DNA of 64,000 nucleotides, from assembly GCA_965153285.1 (NCBI GenBank), contig OZ229117.1, one strand, 5' to 3'. The position numbers were made by a program, and so were the translations under genes. A model generated the notes under the pieces. The model searched no databases, was not told where the DNA came from, and saw only the letters and a program-made list of their open reading frames with translations. How positions within the stretch are numbered: the first letter of the stretch is position 1; each line of letters opens with the position of its first letter. The stretch comes from Podarcis tiliguerta. Taxonomy: Eukaryota. Shown in pieces: positions 50,001 to 61,894 of the stretch.

Positions 50001-53000
50001 TGCTTCAGCTGCTCACGCAGAACACGGCTCTCTGTCTCCCGCTCTGTGGCGCAGGTGTGCAGGCTCTGGGCTTTCCACTCTTCCTCCTGCAACTGCAAGG
50101 CCAGGGGGCTGTCAGCTCCTGGGAGACTTGGCACACGCCTCCTCCCTGCAGCCCTGCCCAGTGGCTCACCCTGCACTGGCTGCTCTGGAGCTGATGCTGC
50201 AGCTCCTTGCATTGCTGTACCAGCTGGCACTCCTGCTCCTTGGCCCTTCGCAGCTGCCGCTGCAGCTCCTCCTCCTGGCGCTTCTGCTGGCCCAACTCTG
50301 CCTGCAACTCATCCAGCACCGACTGGTTCCCTTGCACCTGTGGGCGGCACGTACCAGAAGGCTTCAGGCTGCCACCAGCTGAGCTCTCCCGCAAGCAGAA
50401 GCAACTGGCTTGGCTGAGATGGCAGTTGCCCTTCAAGCCCTCCCACTTTCCCCTTCCCCACCTTCAGCTGCAGGCTCTTCAGCCCTTCCCGGCTGCTCTG
50501 TAGCTTCTGCTGCAGCCGAGATGCCTCCTTCTGGTGCTGCTGGGACTCTTGCATGGCTGCCTGGTGCTGCTGCTTTGACTGGCTCAGCTCTCCCATCAGT
50601 TGCTCCAACACCTCTCTGGGGGAGGCAGAATCAGCAGCAAGAATAAAAACTCTGGGTCAAAGTGGTTCCATCTAGACCAGCCTCCTCTTGCTGACAGCAG
50701 GCAGCCCAGCACAATGCCTCAAGAGAAGCCCCAAGTGGGACCTGAGGACAACAGCTCCCTTCCCACCCCTCTTTGATCCTTCACAACTAGTACCCACGGA
50801 AGGCGCCCCTCCTCTTCTGCAATCCTTTCCCCCCCCCCCATAGAGACTCATGCCAGGGCCTAAGGAGACCCCCACTCCCTGCCATTTGCCACTGCAGCTG
50901 CTACCTTTTCTGCTCCAGCTCTGCTTCAGCAATGGAGAGCCTTTCGTTTAGAACCCGGAGCTCTGCCTCGAGCCGGCGGCCAGCCTGTGTCTGATGTGTG
51001 AGCTCTGTGAGCCGCTCACTCAGCTGCTCCTGGGCGTTGTGCAGGCTGCTCTGGGCCAGCAGCACCTGCTCTTCCTGCTGCGCCAGCTCCTGGGCTGTGG
51101 GGTGGAGGGAGGGTCTGAGATGCTGGCAGGAGCCCCAAAGGGGAGCAGAAGAAACCAGCAGGTGGGCTGGCTGAAGCATCCCACAAGGCTCTGGGGAGGT
51201 GGGAGAAGGGATGGGTCCTCGGCTTGCTTCTCCCTCCCACCTTTGCTGCTTTGCTCCAAGTGTTGCCACTGCCCAGTAACCTAGTCTCAATGTTACCGAC
51301 AGGAATTTCTGGCCTCCAGCCTCATATGTCCTGGCCCCACTCACCAGTTTTCTGGTGCTGCTCCTGGCTCTCGTGCAAGCTCTGCCGCAGGGCCTGCGCC
51401 TCGGCACACAATGTGGCACACTCTGCTCTGCTGTGCTCCAGCTCCCGCTGGGCCTTCTGCAGGCTGGCCTCCAGGTGATGGGCACGGGCACGCTGCTGCT
51501 CCACTTCCTGCCCCTTCTCCTGCAGGGTGCTGCAGGCATGCACCATCTCCGCCTGGGACTTCCGCAGGATTGCATCTCGCTTCTGGATGGCCTGGGGGTG
51601 GGAGGGAGCGCAGAGAGGGAGTCGGCCACAGACAAGGACCCCCACACCCCAGCAAGCCTCCCAGCAAAGGCAGGCAGAGGCGCTCACCTGCTCCTTTTGA
51701 GCAACCAGCTTGCGGCTTTGCTTGAGCTCCATCTGCAGCTGCTGGACCTGCTGCTGCTGCTTGTCCCTCTCAGCTGCTGCCTCCTCATACAGGCTTTGCA
51801 AGTTCAGCTCCAGGTGAGCCAGGTCTGGGGAAAAAGGTGGCCTCTTGCTCAGCACTAGCTGAGCCCAGCCCGACGTCTGCTCAGGCCAAGAGTGGGAAGG
51901 TCTGGCCTACATCCTTGCTACTTCCACTCATTCCTACCGTTCAGAGCGCTGCTCTTCTGCTCAGTGACCCTCACCAGCTCCAGTTTTAAATCCTGCACCA
52001 GGCCCTGGTACTCCTCAGCCTGCCGCTGGTGCTTAGAGCTCTCCTCTTCCTCTTTCAGCAGCTTCTGCTCAGAACAAAGAGAACCGCGACTCAGCCTGGA
52101 GCCCTACATCTCCAGGGCTCCCCCCAGCACCCCCCAACAAGTGTTGTGGCCCGAGAGCAGGGCCTACCTGCCTGAGGGTCTCTGCGGCGACTATCTGGCT
52201 TTCATAGCTGCCGTTGGAGCAGCTGTGAGTTGCTTTGTAAGAAGCGAAGTCCCTGTGCAACGTGGCCAGCGCCGCCTCTTGGTCTAGGAACTGAAGAGCA
52301 CACAGCAGTCAGTCAGAGGTGGCTCCCTCTTCCGCTGCCCGTGGGGTAGGGGGCCGAGGCCAGGCTCACCTGGACACGGTTGGCTGCCAACTGCTCCTGC
52401 AGCGCCTGGATGGTCTCTTCAGAATGGCAGGCGAGCTGCCGGCTCTGGGCCAGCTCCACCCGGGTGTCGCGCAGCTCCCGCATCAGCTGCTCAGCGGTGT
52501 CTTCCGCCCGGCTGGCCTGCCAGCATTTGCCCTTCAGCTCCTCCTGCAGGATCTGCTGCTCCGCTTGCAACCTATAGAGGGCCTCGTCCTTTTCCTTGGC
52601 CTGCGGCAACAGGGCAAGCGCAGCTCAGGGCCAGGAAAGCAGCCAGGCCCCCATTGCCACCGCCTTCCCCTCTGAACTGGGGCCCCTACCTGGCAGGCGG
52701 CCTCCTCCTCCAGGCGCTGCAACTGGCACTCCAGCTCCCCGGCTCTACTCAGCGAGGCCTGGAACTTCTTCTTGTAGAGCTCCAGGCTGCCCTCCAGGAG
52801 GGTGCTGCTGCTCTCCACCTGGCCCAGCTGCTCGTGCAGGTGCCGCTCTCGCTCGCTCTGGCAGGACAGCTCCCGCTCCTGCTTCTGGGTCACTTCCTCG
52901 TAGTAAAGGAGCTGCGGGGGGGAAGGGAGGTGGGCAACTCTGGGTGGGAGGGTAGGAGTGGGGTGTGGGGTGCAGCCAGCTGGCTGGGCTCACCTGCTCC

Positions 53001-56000
53001 TTGAGGACCTGGCACTGCTGAAGCAGCATCTCCAGGTCCAGCGTCTGCTTCTCGATCCGGCACTCGCGGGACTGCAGCTTGCTGAGGTTCTCCTGGTTGC
53101 GCCCCTTGCAGATATCCAGCTCCTGCTGCAGGCGCTGCAGCTTGTCTTGCAGCTGGTCCATGTTGGCCTGGTGGTCCTGCCGGGCAGAGAGCTGTTCACC
53201 CCGTAGCTGCTCCAGGGCGGCGGCCTTGCTCTGGCTCTGCAGACAGCACAGCCGGGGGGGGGGGTTGTCATGTGAGTAAGAGGAGGAGTGCCTTGGAGCT
53301 TGGTCTCCTCTCTTCCCCACGCAGCAAGGAATGGATCTGGCCCCAAATTGGCTCCTTCCCCCTGCAGTCAGGGGTTCTGGGTGTGCACCTGGAGGAGAGG
53401 CAGCCCACAAGGATGCAGGGAGGCTGAAGACCGTTGAAGGGAAGGGACTCAGACTTTAGGGGGTGGCAGGAAACTGAGATCAGCTGGTAGGGAAATGGGG
53501 GCCAAACTGAGTTTGCAACCACTCCCCACCCCCCGCCAGAGGGCACGGACCTTGCTGAGGGAGGACTCCTTCTCGTGCTGGAGCTGGCAGATGAGCCGAG
53601 TCTGCTCCACTATTGCCTTCTCCTGCTCAGTGCAAGAGTCTCGCAGGCTCCTCAGCTCATCCTGCAGGTGGTGGAGCTGCCCCCTGAGGTGGTTCACTTC
53701 AGCCTCTTTACCTGCAAGCTGGCAGTGCCAGGGGACAGATGAGCATCCTCAGGAGGCTGCCGGGCAATCCACACATTCAGACCATCTCATCCTACCCCTT
53801 CTCTCCCTCCCCTGGCCTGGCTCTTTTCCTCTGCGCTATGTGAGGCAAAGCCCCCCGGACCCTCATCCTTGCACTACGGCCCCAACTGCTGCTTGTCAAA
53901 ATAGATCCTGAGCTGCCGACTTATAGTCAATCCAGCTTCTGGAACAGATGAGAGCCCAGAGAACATCACTGTGCGTTGCCCTGCGATTTGCCTGCTTGTT
54001 TCTAAACAACCTGCTGAGGACACACAAGCACCTCCTGTGGCCTGCCCTTTGGTGATTGATCCTCTGCGAGGGGACAGTCTGCTGTCCTTGGGACTGTTTC
54101 CCTGCTCAGAGAACACTGGGGAGGGAGGGAGGGAGGAGGGCCTGGCTGCTGGTCACCTTGGGAGCTCCACCCTTTGTGGGCTACTTTTTCAAGACTGCGA
54201 CAAGGAGGCTCTCTGTCCCCAAAATGTCACCTCATCCTTCCCTTGCACCCGCTCCTCCTCAGCTGCTTTCAGACATCCCTGAAGTTTCACAATCGTCTGG
54301 TCACGGAGATCGACCTGGGGGAAGAAGGGCCTGACTAAGAACTGCCAGCTTGGGGGGGGGGGGAGGGATTCCAGAGACAATGCCTAGAACTTGGAACCTT
54401 CCTTGGGTGCTGCTGCAGCAACCTTCTCCCTCTGGCAGGAAGAGCAGCAGGGGGCTGCTGGGCCAGGAGGAGTCTTGCCTGGGAGGCCTGCAGCAGCTAG
54501 CCAGCCTACCTCTTGCCTGGAGGCTTCCAGCTGCTCCACCAGCGCTGCCATGCTCTGGGCCAGTTGTTGGTGCTCTGCGTGGGCGTCAGACAGCCGCTCC
54601 TGGCATCGGGAGAGCTCGTCCTGTGCTGCTTGGAAGTCAGCCTCCTTCTGCTCCGCCCGCTCTTCGCTCTGCTGCAGCTGCATCCAAGGCCAGGCAAAGC
54701 ACCACGTGAGAGGATGTGGAGGGAAGTAAGCCGCAGAGAGGCACACCAGGGGGAGGTCCCTGTTTAGAGCTGGAAGAAACTGGGGCAAGCTGGGCTGGGA
54801 TTTGGAACAGAGTCTCTCTGGGCTTGGAGTGAGAGGGGAGCAGGAAGGCTCACCTGAGTCTGGCAGGTGGAAAGCTGCTCTTGCAAGGAGGCCAGCTGCT
54901 CCTTGGTCCTCTGGGCCTGGCAAGAAAGAGAGAGAAGGGCTGAGCAGAGGCCTCAACCCCTGAGCACTTGGCAGGGACTTTGAGCTTCAATTGCCCAGCC
55001 ATCTCCCTCCAGTGTGCCTCTTGCTCACACACAACCTTCTGCAGGGCACTTAGCCCCTGGTCTGTCTGTCTGCAGCTCCTCCTGTCTGCAGAGGATGTGC
55101 GAGGCGTGCTGCTGTGTGCTCAGCAGCTCCTTCTGCTGACCCACCTGGTCCCAGGAAAAAAGGGCCAGGCCAAAAAAACATCCTTAGCTCCCGAGTGGGT
55201 GGGTTTCTCTGGCCCCTCCCAATTCACACTGGGCTGTACCTCACTCTGCAGCATCCTCAGCTGGTGACGTGCCAAGGACTCTTTCTGCCGAAGGTCCTGG
55301 ATCTCCTCCTCCCTGCTGCGGACTCTGGACTCGGAGGCAGCCTGGGAAGCCCGAGAGGCTGCCAAATTTTCCTGCAGCTGGTGGATAATGTCCTTGTACT
55401 GCTGCACCTGCCATGGCAACAGCGTTTTAATCAAGGTAAGCACAGAAGAACCTTGCAAAGAGGCTTTGCTGCTCAGTTAACCCCAGAATTCCCCCTCCTC
55501 CAAAAAGTAGCAGTGGCAAAGGATTTGAGACCTGCCATTCCCGCTCCCCACCCCATATCAGTTTTTAGATGAAGGTTTTGGAGGGTATTTGGGAATTACT
55601 GAGCCTTTTGTTTTTGTTTTTGTTTTTGTTTTGTTTAACAGGCATTGCTTTTCTTGATTTCCTGGCTTTAAAATTATTTAATGGGTTATTATTGTTTGCT
55701 AATAAGGTCAGAAGGGTCCTGCTGGATCAGCCCCACTAAAAAGCTACCTTATACAGTGGTACCTCAGGTTACAAACTTAATTCGTTCCAGAGGTCCGTTC
55801 TTAACCCGAAACCGTTCTTAACCTGAGGTGCACTTTCGCTAATGGGGCCTCCCGCGTTGCGATTTCCGTTCTCATCCTGGGGCAAACTTCGCAACCCGAA
55901 GTAAGTAACTACTTCCAAGTTAGCGAAGTTTGTAACCCGAAGCATTTGTAACCCGAGGTACCACTGTAATGAGTAAGGTCAATGGTCCATCTAGCTCAAG

Positions 56001-57308
56001 ATTGACACAGACTGGCATCAAGCAGTAGGAAATCTCTCCCGGCTCCACCTAGTGATTCCACCAGGAATTGAACCTGTGTCACCCGAGCATACAAAAGCAT
56101 ATGGCCTTGCCCAGCCCAGCCCCATCTGGTCCTCAGTGGCCAACCAGATGCCCCCAAAGGGAAGCCCACAAGCAGGGCGAGAATACATTAGCTTCGCTCC
56201 TCACTTGTGATTCCCAGCAACTGGGATCCAGAAGCATTTACTAATTCTGAGGCCAGAATACAGCCATCTTTGTCCTTCCTAGAGTGTGTATCTGGAGACA
56301 ACAGTTTCCCTCTGGATCTTTCCCTTCTACCAGGTTTCGGTTTTGCCCACAATATCTATGCTCCCCTCTAAGACAAAGAGCTCCAACTTATCCATCTTGT
56401 CTCAGAGGCTTCTAGCATTACATCGTTATCACTGGGAGCCTCTGGGAGGAACCCAGGGATGGAAGCATTTAAAAGAAATCAAAAGAGCCCAAATGCCCAG
56501 AGACTGCAGGGGAGAGAAGGGCACGTGGTCCTCTTGGGACAAACCTCCTTCCCTCAAGCACCTTGGACCAGGGCCAGGAGAGGGACACATGGTACCTGCT
56601 GCTCTGCTGCTTGGCTATCAGCTGCAGCTCTTGCCAGCTTCGCCATTTGCTGCTTTTGCTGCCAGATCTGGAAGATAAATTGGGCACCTGCGGCTCTTTC
56701 ATGGCAGCCATGGCCTGAAAGCGAGCATCTAGCTCAGGGGATCCTCAGGCAGGCCAGCCAGCCATGAGGGTTTTCAGACAGGGAAAGCAAGGTGTGAATG
56801 CCAGAAGACATCAGTGGGCTCCCAGGGGGTCTTTCCAAGCCTTCCGTCCTGCTGACTTGGCTCTCTGCTCTCTCTAGCACCAGGCCTGCCTCCTCCACTA
56901 GGGCTTGCTACATTTCCAACTCTTGCACAGCCTGCCTGCGTTCAGATGCCTGTGGGCAAGGAGCGTAGGCTTGGGTGAGGCCCCCAGCATGGCTCTGTGG
57001 GATGGGATGGCAGCTCACAGGGGGTGGGGATAAAACAAGCTCTGTGGCTCCCACTGCCTGCCACTCTACCAGGTTTCTGCCTGCCCCCAAGTCCTTCATT
57101 CTGGGGATGGGGTGGGGGACTCCCATGCACCCCCCTGTCCAGGTGGTCCAGCACTCTATACCTGCTCCCTGGTTCCCTGCAGGTCCTCCTGCTGCTCCTG
57201 GACTTGGATCTCCAGCTGGCAGATGAGGCCTTCCTGGTCAGTCATTTGCTGCTGCAGGGCGCTGTGGGTCTCCTGGAGTCTGTGCAGTGCCTTGCTCTGC
57301 TCCACAGC
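47067..57308 (-). CDS. PMFBP1: PMFBP1-like long coiled-coil protein; start codon not identified
   Basis: Open spliced chain: 54916-54854, 54677-54510, 54314-54231, 53718-53551, 53236-52994, 52911-52690, 52600-52370, 52290-52168, 52064-51938, 51824-51688, 51591-51345, 51094-50905, 50615-50462, 50337-50170, 50092-49925, 49836-49669, 49590-49444, 49353-49186, 49085-49023, 47859-47750, 47622-47548, 47274-47181, and probable last exon 47096-47067. Further exon-like units at 57308-57162, 56949-56857, 56667-56596, 55407-55240 and 55144-about 55036. Q/E/L-rich heptads, motif VSQWVKEQKQVNEKLGDKIRDQ, and tail-to-tail position with DHX38 as in human. Confidence 0.8.
48100..48380 (-). mobile_element. CR1 LINE 3' fragment
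   Basis: CCTGGTATTCAGAGG...GCCTCTGGAC and CTGTGACAGTGAGTGCCAT...TGTGTGAAAAGG are reverse-complement CR1 3'-end features. A similar fragment lies at about 56110-56285. Confidence 0.6.
48430..48575 (+). mobile_element. CR1 LINE ORF2 fragment
   Basis: APDLREDVDKRKRMQRRVSEMLKNL resembles the CR1 C-terminal motif AP..KKDVDKLERVQRRATKMI.GL. Confidence 0.65.
55754..55966. mobile_element. Tc1/mariner (Tigger-like) MITE, same family as 9706-9920
   Basis: TIR CAGTGGTACCTCAGGTTACAAA...TTTGTAACCCGAGGTACCACTG, TA TSDs, internal sequence collinear with 9706-9920. Confidence 0.92.
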
Positions 57309-59924
57309 CTGGAAGGGAACACAATGGCATGAGGGCCTCCTCCCACTCCCTCTGGGTCTTTGGCAGGGCTATGAGCTCCCTGCCTCAGCCCTGAACCTGA
57401 CTACTTCACTGGGCAAACCTGGCACCCTTCCAGGTCAATACAGGACTGCCTCTTCAAACAGAAATTGCACTCAGATGTGGAGGGGCTAGAGGAGAAAGGG
57501 GCGCCCACTTGCAGAACGCCCTCTGCAGGGAAGCTTGCCTGGGGCCACATCTGATGTCTTTCTGGTGCCAAGCAGAGACCTTTTTAAAAAAATTAGCCCA
57601 GCACACCATCAGGCTGGTCTCAACCTAGCATAGCATTTTAAAAAATGATGCTATTGTTTCTCTTCTGAAGAGCCACCTCCTCACTCATGAAGTGCTGGGA
57701 ACTCTGACTGCGTATCTCAGTGCAATATTCAATTGAAGGTCAGTGAGAGGCAACCCCACTGGAAAGAAGCACAGACCTCTTGATGGGGATGCTTCCTTGG
57801 CTTAATTGGGAGCATCAGTGAGGAAGCAGGGAAGGTACTCCCAGCCCACGCAGCCCACAGTCACTCTTGCATTTGCACACATGCCTCTTGGGGGCAGTTC
57901 TCATGACCTACAGGTAGAGGAGGCTTGGGTCAGCCATGAACTCCTGTGCAAAATGAATACAGTCATTCTGGAGGGAAGGGCGAGGAGGCCATAGGGGCCG
58001 AGAAGGCAGGGATGATGGCAATCTCCTGGGCAAAGGCCAGAAATGCAGATGGAGGCCACCCACTTTCAGTGGTCGGAGGACCACCTGTCCTGGCAGAAGC
58101 CTCTTGGTCTGCCAGGGAGGTGGCCAAAACAGATGCAATCCAAAGAGCCTTTAGAGGAAATGGACCTGTTGTGGCTCTTGGAAGCACTAACCTTCTTTGC
58201 CAGATGCAAGACAGGCCGACCGCTTTCCACCGGGGCCCTCCCTGCTCCTCTGCCACTCCAGAAGCAGAGGAGGAAGCTGCCTTGGCTCCCCTTTTGTGGC
58301 CCTCCTGCTCTCTCTGCTCAGCCACTAAAGAAGAAGTTGTCGGCAGTGAGGTTTTAATCCCTTCTTCCTTGCCAGCTGCAGGCCCAGCGGAGGATCAATA
58401 GTGTTTAGACAGCCAAGGAGATCCCTTTCCCTCCTAAAGCACCCGATCAATAGCAGCCTTTCCCCTCCTTTCCCCCTCCCTCCACGCACGAAAGAACAAG
58501 CGTCAAAGAACCGGCGCCTTTGGGCTGATTGGGATGCCCAAAGGCAAGGAGTGGTTGCTGGCCATATGCGCCCACTGGGAATCACAGTGCAAGTTCTGGC
58601 TGCTTCAGACCCAGCGGGTCCAAAGAGACATGAGGTCTCATTTCTGGGCCAGATCCTGAGTCCAGAGTGCTCCCGAGAGCTGCAGGAGTTACTTCATTTC
58701 CAAACTGCAGCATGTGGGATGGTCAGCTAAGCCACCTCAGGAAGAGGCAGAACAACATCCTCCTCATCACATCCTTCCACAGGGAGGGCTCCAAGCCCCA
58801 GGCATCTTATTCCCTAGTTCTCACGCTTTGTATGGCTGGACCAGTCCAAGGTAAAGGACAGGCAATGTTGTGTGAGGCTGGTGTGTCACCTGGGAGCACT
58901 GCCACTGCAACTTGTGGAGAAGGATGCTGAAAGCAGGAGGCACCTGGAGGAGCCTGCAGCGCCAAGCAGGAGGCACGTCCCACCCACCCCCTTGCTGTGG
59001 AGCGACTCAGGCAACGGCAAAAAGCCACCGAGGAAATCCCGCCTCCCTTTAATTGCTGCCTTCATGTTATTCTTTTCAAGGCTGTGTTAATTGAAATTAA
59101 ACAGCTGCCACGTTCTGGCTGGGACAAAAGCTGTCTCTGCTCTGCTCCTTCGTGATTTAATGAAGACTGACACGCGGTGAGAAAACAACAACGGCTCACA
59201 TCTTCCCAGATGCCAACAAAGCGTGGGGAGGGAGCAGGGGGCTGCCTCTCCCCACCCCAAAGAACCGCATCCCTCGGTTGGAACCGCACCCCCAGGCCAC
59301 AGGCCACATTACCTCTGAGTTCTGGGCAGCTCTTAACACACCACCAGCCTTAAGGAAAGACGTGGGTGTATCAGGTGGCAAGTGCCAGGTGCCCTGTGCT
59401 TGCCATGCCAGGCACAGACCTGTGAACTTCATCCTCAGGTGTGCTGCTGCTGGCTTGTGCCATCGCTCCCTGGTGTGTCCTCTTGGGAGGATGGAGCCTG
59501 TGTGGTTCACTCATTGCCTGACCTTGAGTGCTCTTCACATCCCCAGTCAACCCCAAGCTGGGCCTCTTCTTTTCTACCAGAAGGGGTTCCCCTGTTGGCA
59601 CTTAGCCAGCATATTGGGCAAGTGGGGTGGTGTCTGACCTAGGCAAGAGGGAGACTCCTGACTTGGCCTTGGCCTGAGAGGTTGCTGCTGCTCTGTTTGG
59701 TCTGGGCAGTCCCACCCTGAGTTGTTGGCTCAGTGGGCCCCACTTGGCCCCACAGGGGCACAGGGAGCACTTTCACGTCTGCCACGGGCATCTGTTGCTT
59801 CTGGGCCAAAGCACACAAGGAAGGCCTTCAAGGGCCTGCTCACAGGATCACAACTTGCTGAAGGGTGAGGAAAGTGTACTGCTGTCTGCTTGGGGATTTC
59901 ACCATTGTGTGGAAAGAGATAGAT

Positions 59925-60249
59925 CAGGGGTCAGCAACCTAAGGCCCATGGGCCACAAGCGGCCCATGGGGATCATTTAACCAGCCCACGGATCCCCACC
60001 GCCCGCTTGGTCGGCTCCTATGCACCGCGCTGAACTGGCGTGGAGCAGAGTGGGGACCGCCTTCCGCGATGCTGGCCAACTTCCCATTGGCTGCAGGAAG
60101 CTCCTGCAGCCAATGGGAAGCTGGGCACGCCTCCTCCACACTGGAAGGAGCGCCAGAAATAGTGTTTGCATGTGTGTGAACACTCCGGCCCACTGAGACA
60201 TCTCCAGGCTTGTGAACCAGCCCAAGCCACAAAACTTTGCCGACCCCTG
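59925..60249. mobile_element. Non-autonomous hAT transposon
   Basis: TIR CAGGGGTCAGCAA...TTGCCGACCCCTG, subterminal GGCCC motifs, 8-bp TSD AGATAGAT (59917-59924) / AGACAGAT (60250-60257). Confidence 0.88.
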
Positions 60250-60649
60250 AGACAGATGAAAAGAGAAGCCCGGGACAAGGGTGTGGGGCACCTAGCTGGC
60301 TGGTTAGATGGTGGGCTGATCCCACCCGGGACCTTGTGTGCTTCCCGTGTCAGAGGCTGTATGAAGCCTCTGAATACCACTTACAGGGGAACCCAGGCAG
60401 GCAGAATGCTGTTGCCCTCAGGTGCACATCCCTCACAGGGCATCCGGCTGGCCACTATTAAGAACAGGAGGCCTCCATTGGTCTGATCCAGCAACCAGGC
60501 TCCTCTTAAACCTGGGTCTCAATGACAGACTTGGATCCTGAGCCTTTGCTACTCCTCGTGTCTTCAAAAATGGGAAGGAGAACCCCCTTCCTCCCCTCTT
60601 CTTCACAAACGGGCCTGGCAGGCACAGCACTGTTCCGCACAGCAAAATA

Positions 60650-60960
60650 TGCAAAATGACGCATGAGCACAGACCTCATTAACACCCGCCTCCAACATCA
60701 TTAAGATGTTTCCAAGAAAATTAATTGAGAGACTCATTAAAAATAAATTAAGAAAAATGTGTTGCAGAGCGCTTGCTCTGAGCTCGTAAATCACAGCTCG
60801 AAGCTCCGGGCTGCTGTGCAGACAATTAACGCTGGCCAATTTGTTTTACCCTGACTGCGAAAATTAGAAAGCAGACGTGGAGATTAGATTAGGGGTGTCT
60901 GTCGAGCGGAACTCAGAGTGCATATTTTAGGATACAAAATGGAAATTAGGAAAACAACAA
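60650..60960. promoter_or_regulatory. Candidate conserved developmental enhancer (homeodomain-site rich)
   Basis: Non-repetitive AT-rich block in GC-rich surroundings, dense in ATTA/TAAT. PBX-HOX motif TGATTTACGA on the minus strand at 60784-60793. Conservation not checked. Confidence 0.5.
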
Positions 60961-61894
60961 AGGCCAGCCAGATTTTAGTCCATCCGAGGGGCTGATGGGC
61001 AGAGATGGGGAAGGGCAGTAAGAATCAGGCTTGGCTGGTGGAGGGCAGCCCCCCCCCCCCGCAAGATGGTAGCTATCAGGGGCCGGTTTGTGCAGAGATA
61101 CCAGCTGCCCACCACACAGCATGGAGGGAAGGGGGTTCCCAGCCCTTTGGGCTGCAACACATGTTCCAATTCCCCCAGCAACATGAACAGAAAGAGTCTC
61201 TGTCCTGCACTCAGGCCCCTCCCAGCTCTCCTGGAAGTTAGTTACTGGAAGATCTGTAAAACAAGTCTCAGAGGTCTCCAACCCCAAAGACTGCTTGATG
61301 CAGGAAGCGGGAGACCAGCCCTGCTACAGCAACTCCCACGCAGTCTAGAGAAGCACGTGATCCTCTGGGCACCCCATGGGCCTTGGGACAGCACACCATG
61401 AATTTGTTGGCTGACTTGGTACGCAAGTCAGAGAAGAAGGAAGGGAGGCAGCTTGTCCTTAAGCTCAATCCTACACTCTGGCCCTTGGCATAGCCCTTGC
61501 CCAGGCTGGAGGAGGCATTTTCTTGCCCATCTCGGGACTGCAGCCTGACCTGAGGCTTTCAGAGGCTCTTGCAAAGTTTAAAGAATTCCGGAAGCATCAG
61601 CACAAGGAGGAGCAAGCTGCCTGTGCCAGGAAGAGGCTTGATTGAGTGCCAAGGAAGACAGAATGGCCCTCTCACCCACCCCAACCCAGGATTGGCAGCC
61701 ACCCCCAAGTACCCAAAGAAAGAAGAAGAGAAGAGCTGATGATGAAGTCGTTTCTGTACTTCAAAAGTCAGGCAGCTGCCAGAGAGGCAGGCAGAGTGTT
61801 AGAGGAGGACAATGCAAAAGGAAGAAAATGGCAGAAGAGTCTCCACTGAAGGAGTAGTTGAAGAGGTGACATTAAACTCAAAAAGGAATTAGAA

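Noticed and set aside
49436-53279. Long plus-strand Leu/Cys/Ser-rich ORFs
   Set aside because: Antisense shadows of CAG/GAG-rich PMFBP1-like exons.
53551-53718. Apparent phase mismatch if the acceptor at 53712 is used
   Set aside because: The upstream AG at 53719-53720 gives a clean 168-nt phase-0 exon, so there is no lesion.
57670-58380. Candidate first coding exons of the PMFBP1-like gene
   Set aside because: Exon-like pieces exist but could not be chained to a convincing start codon.
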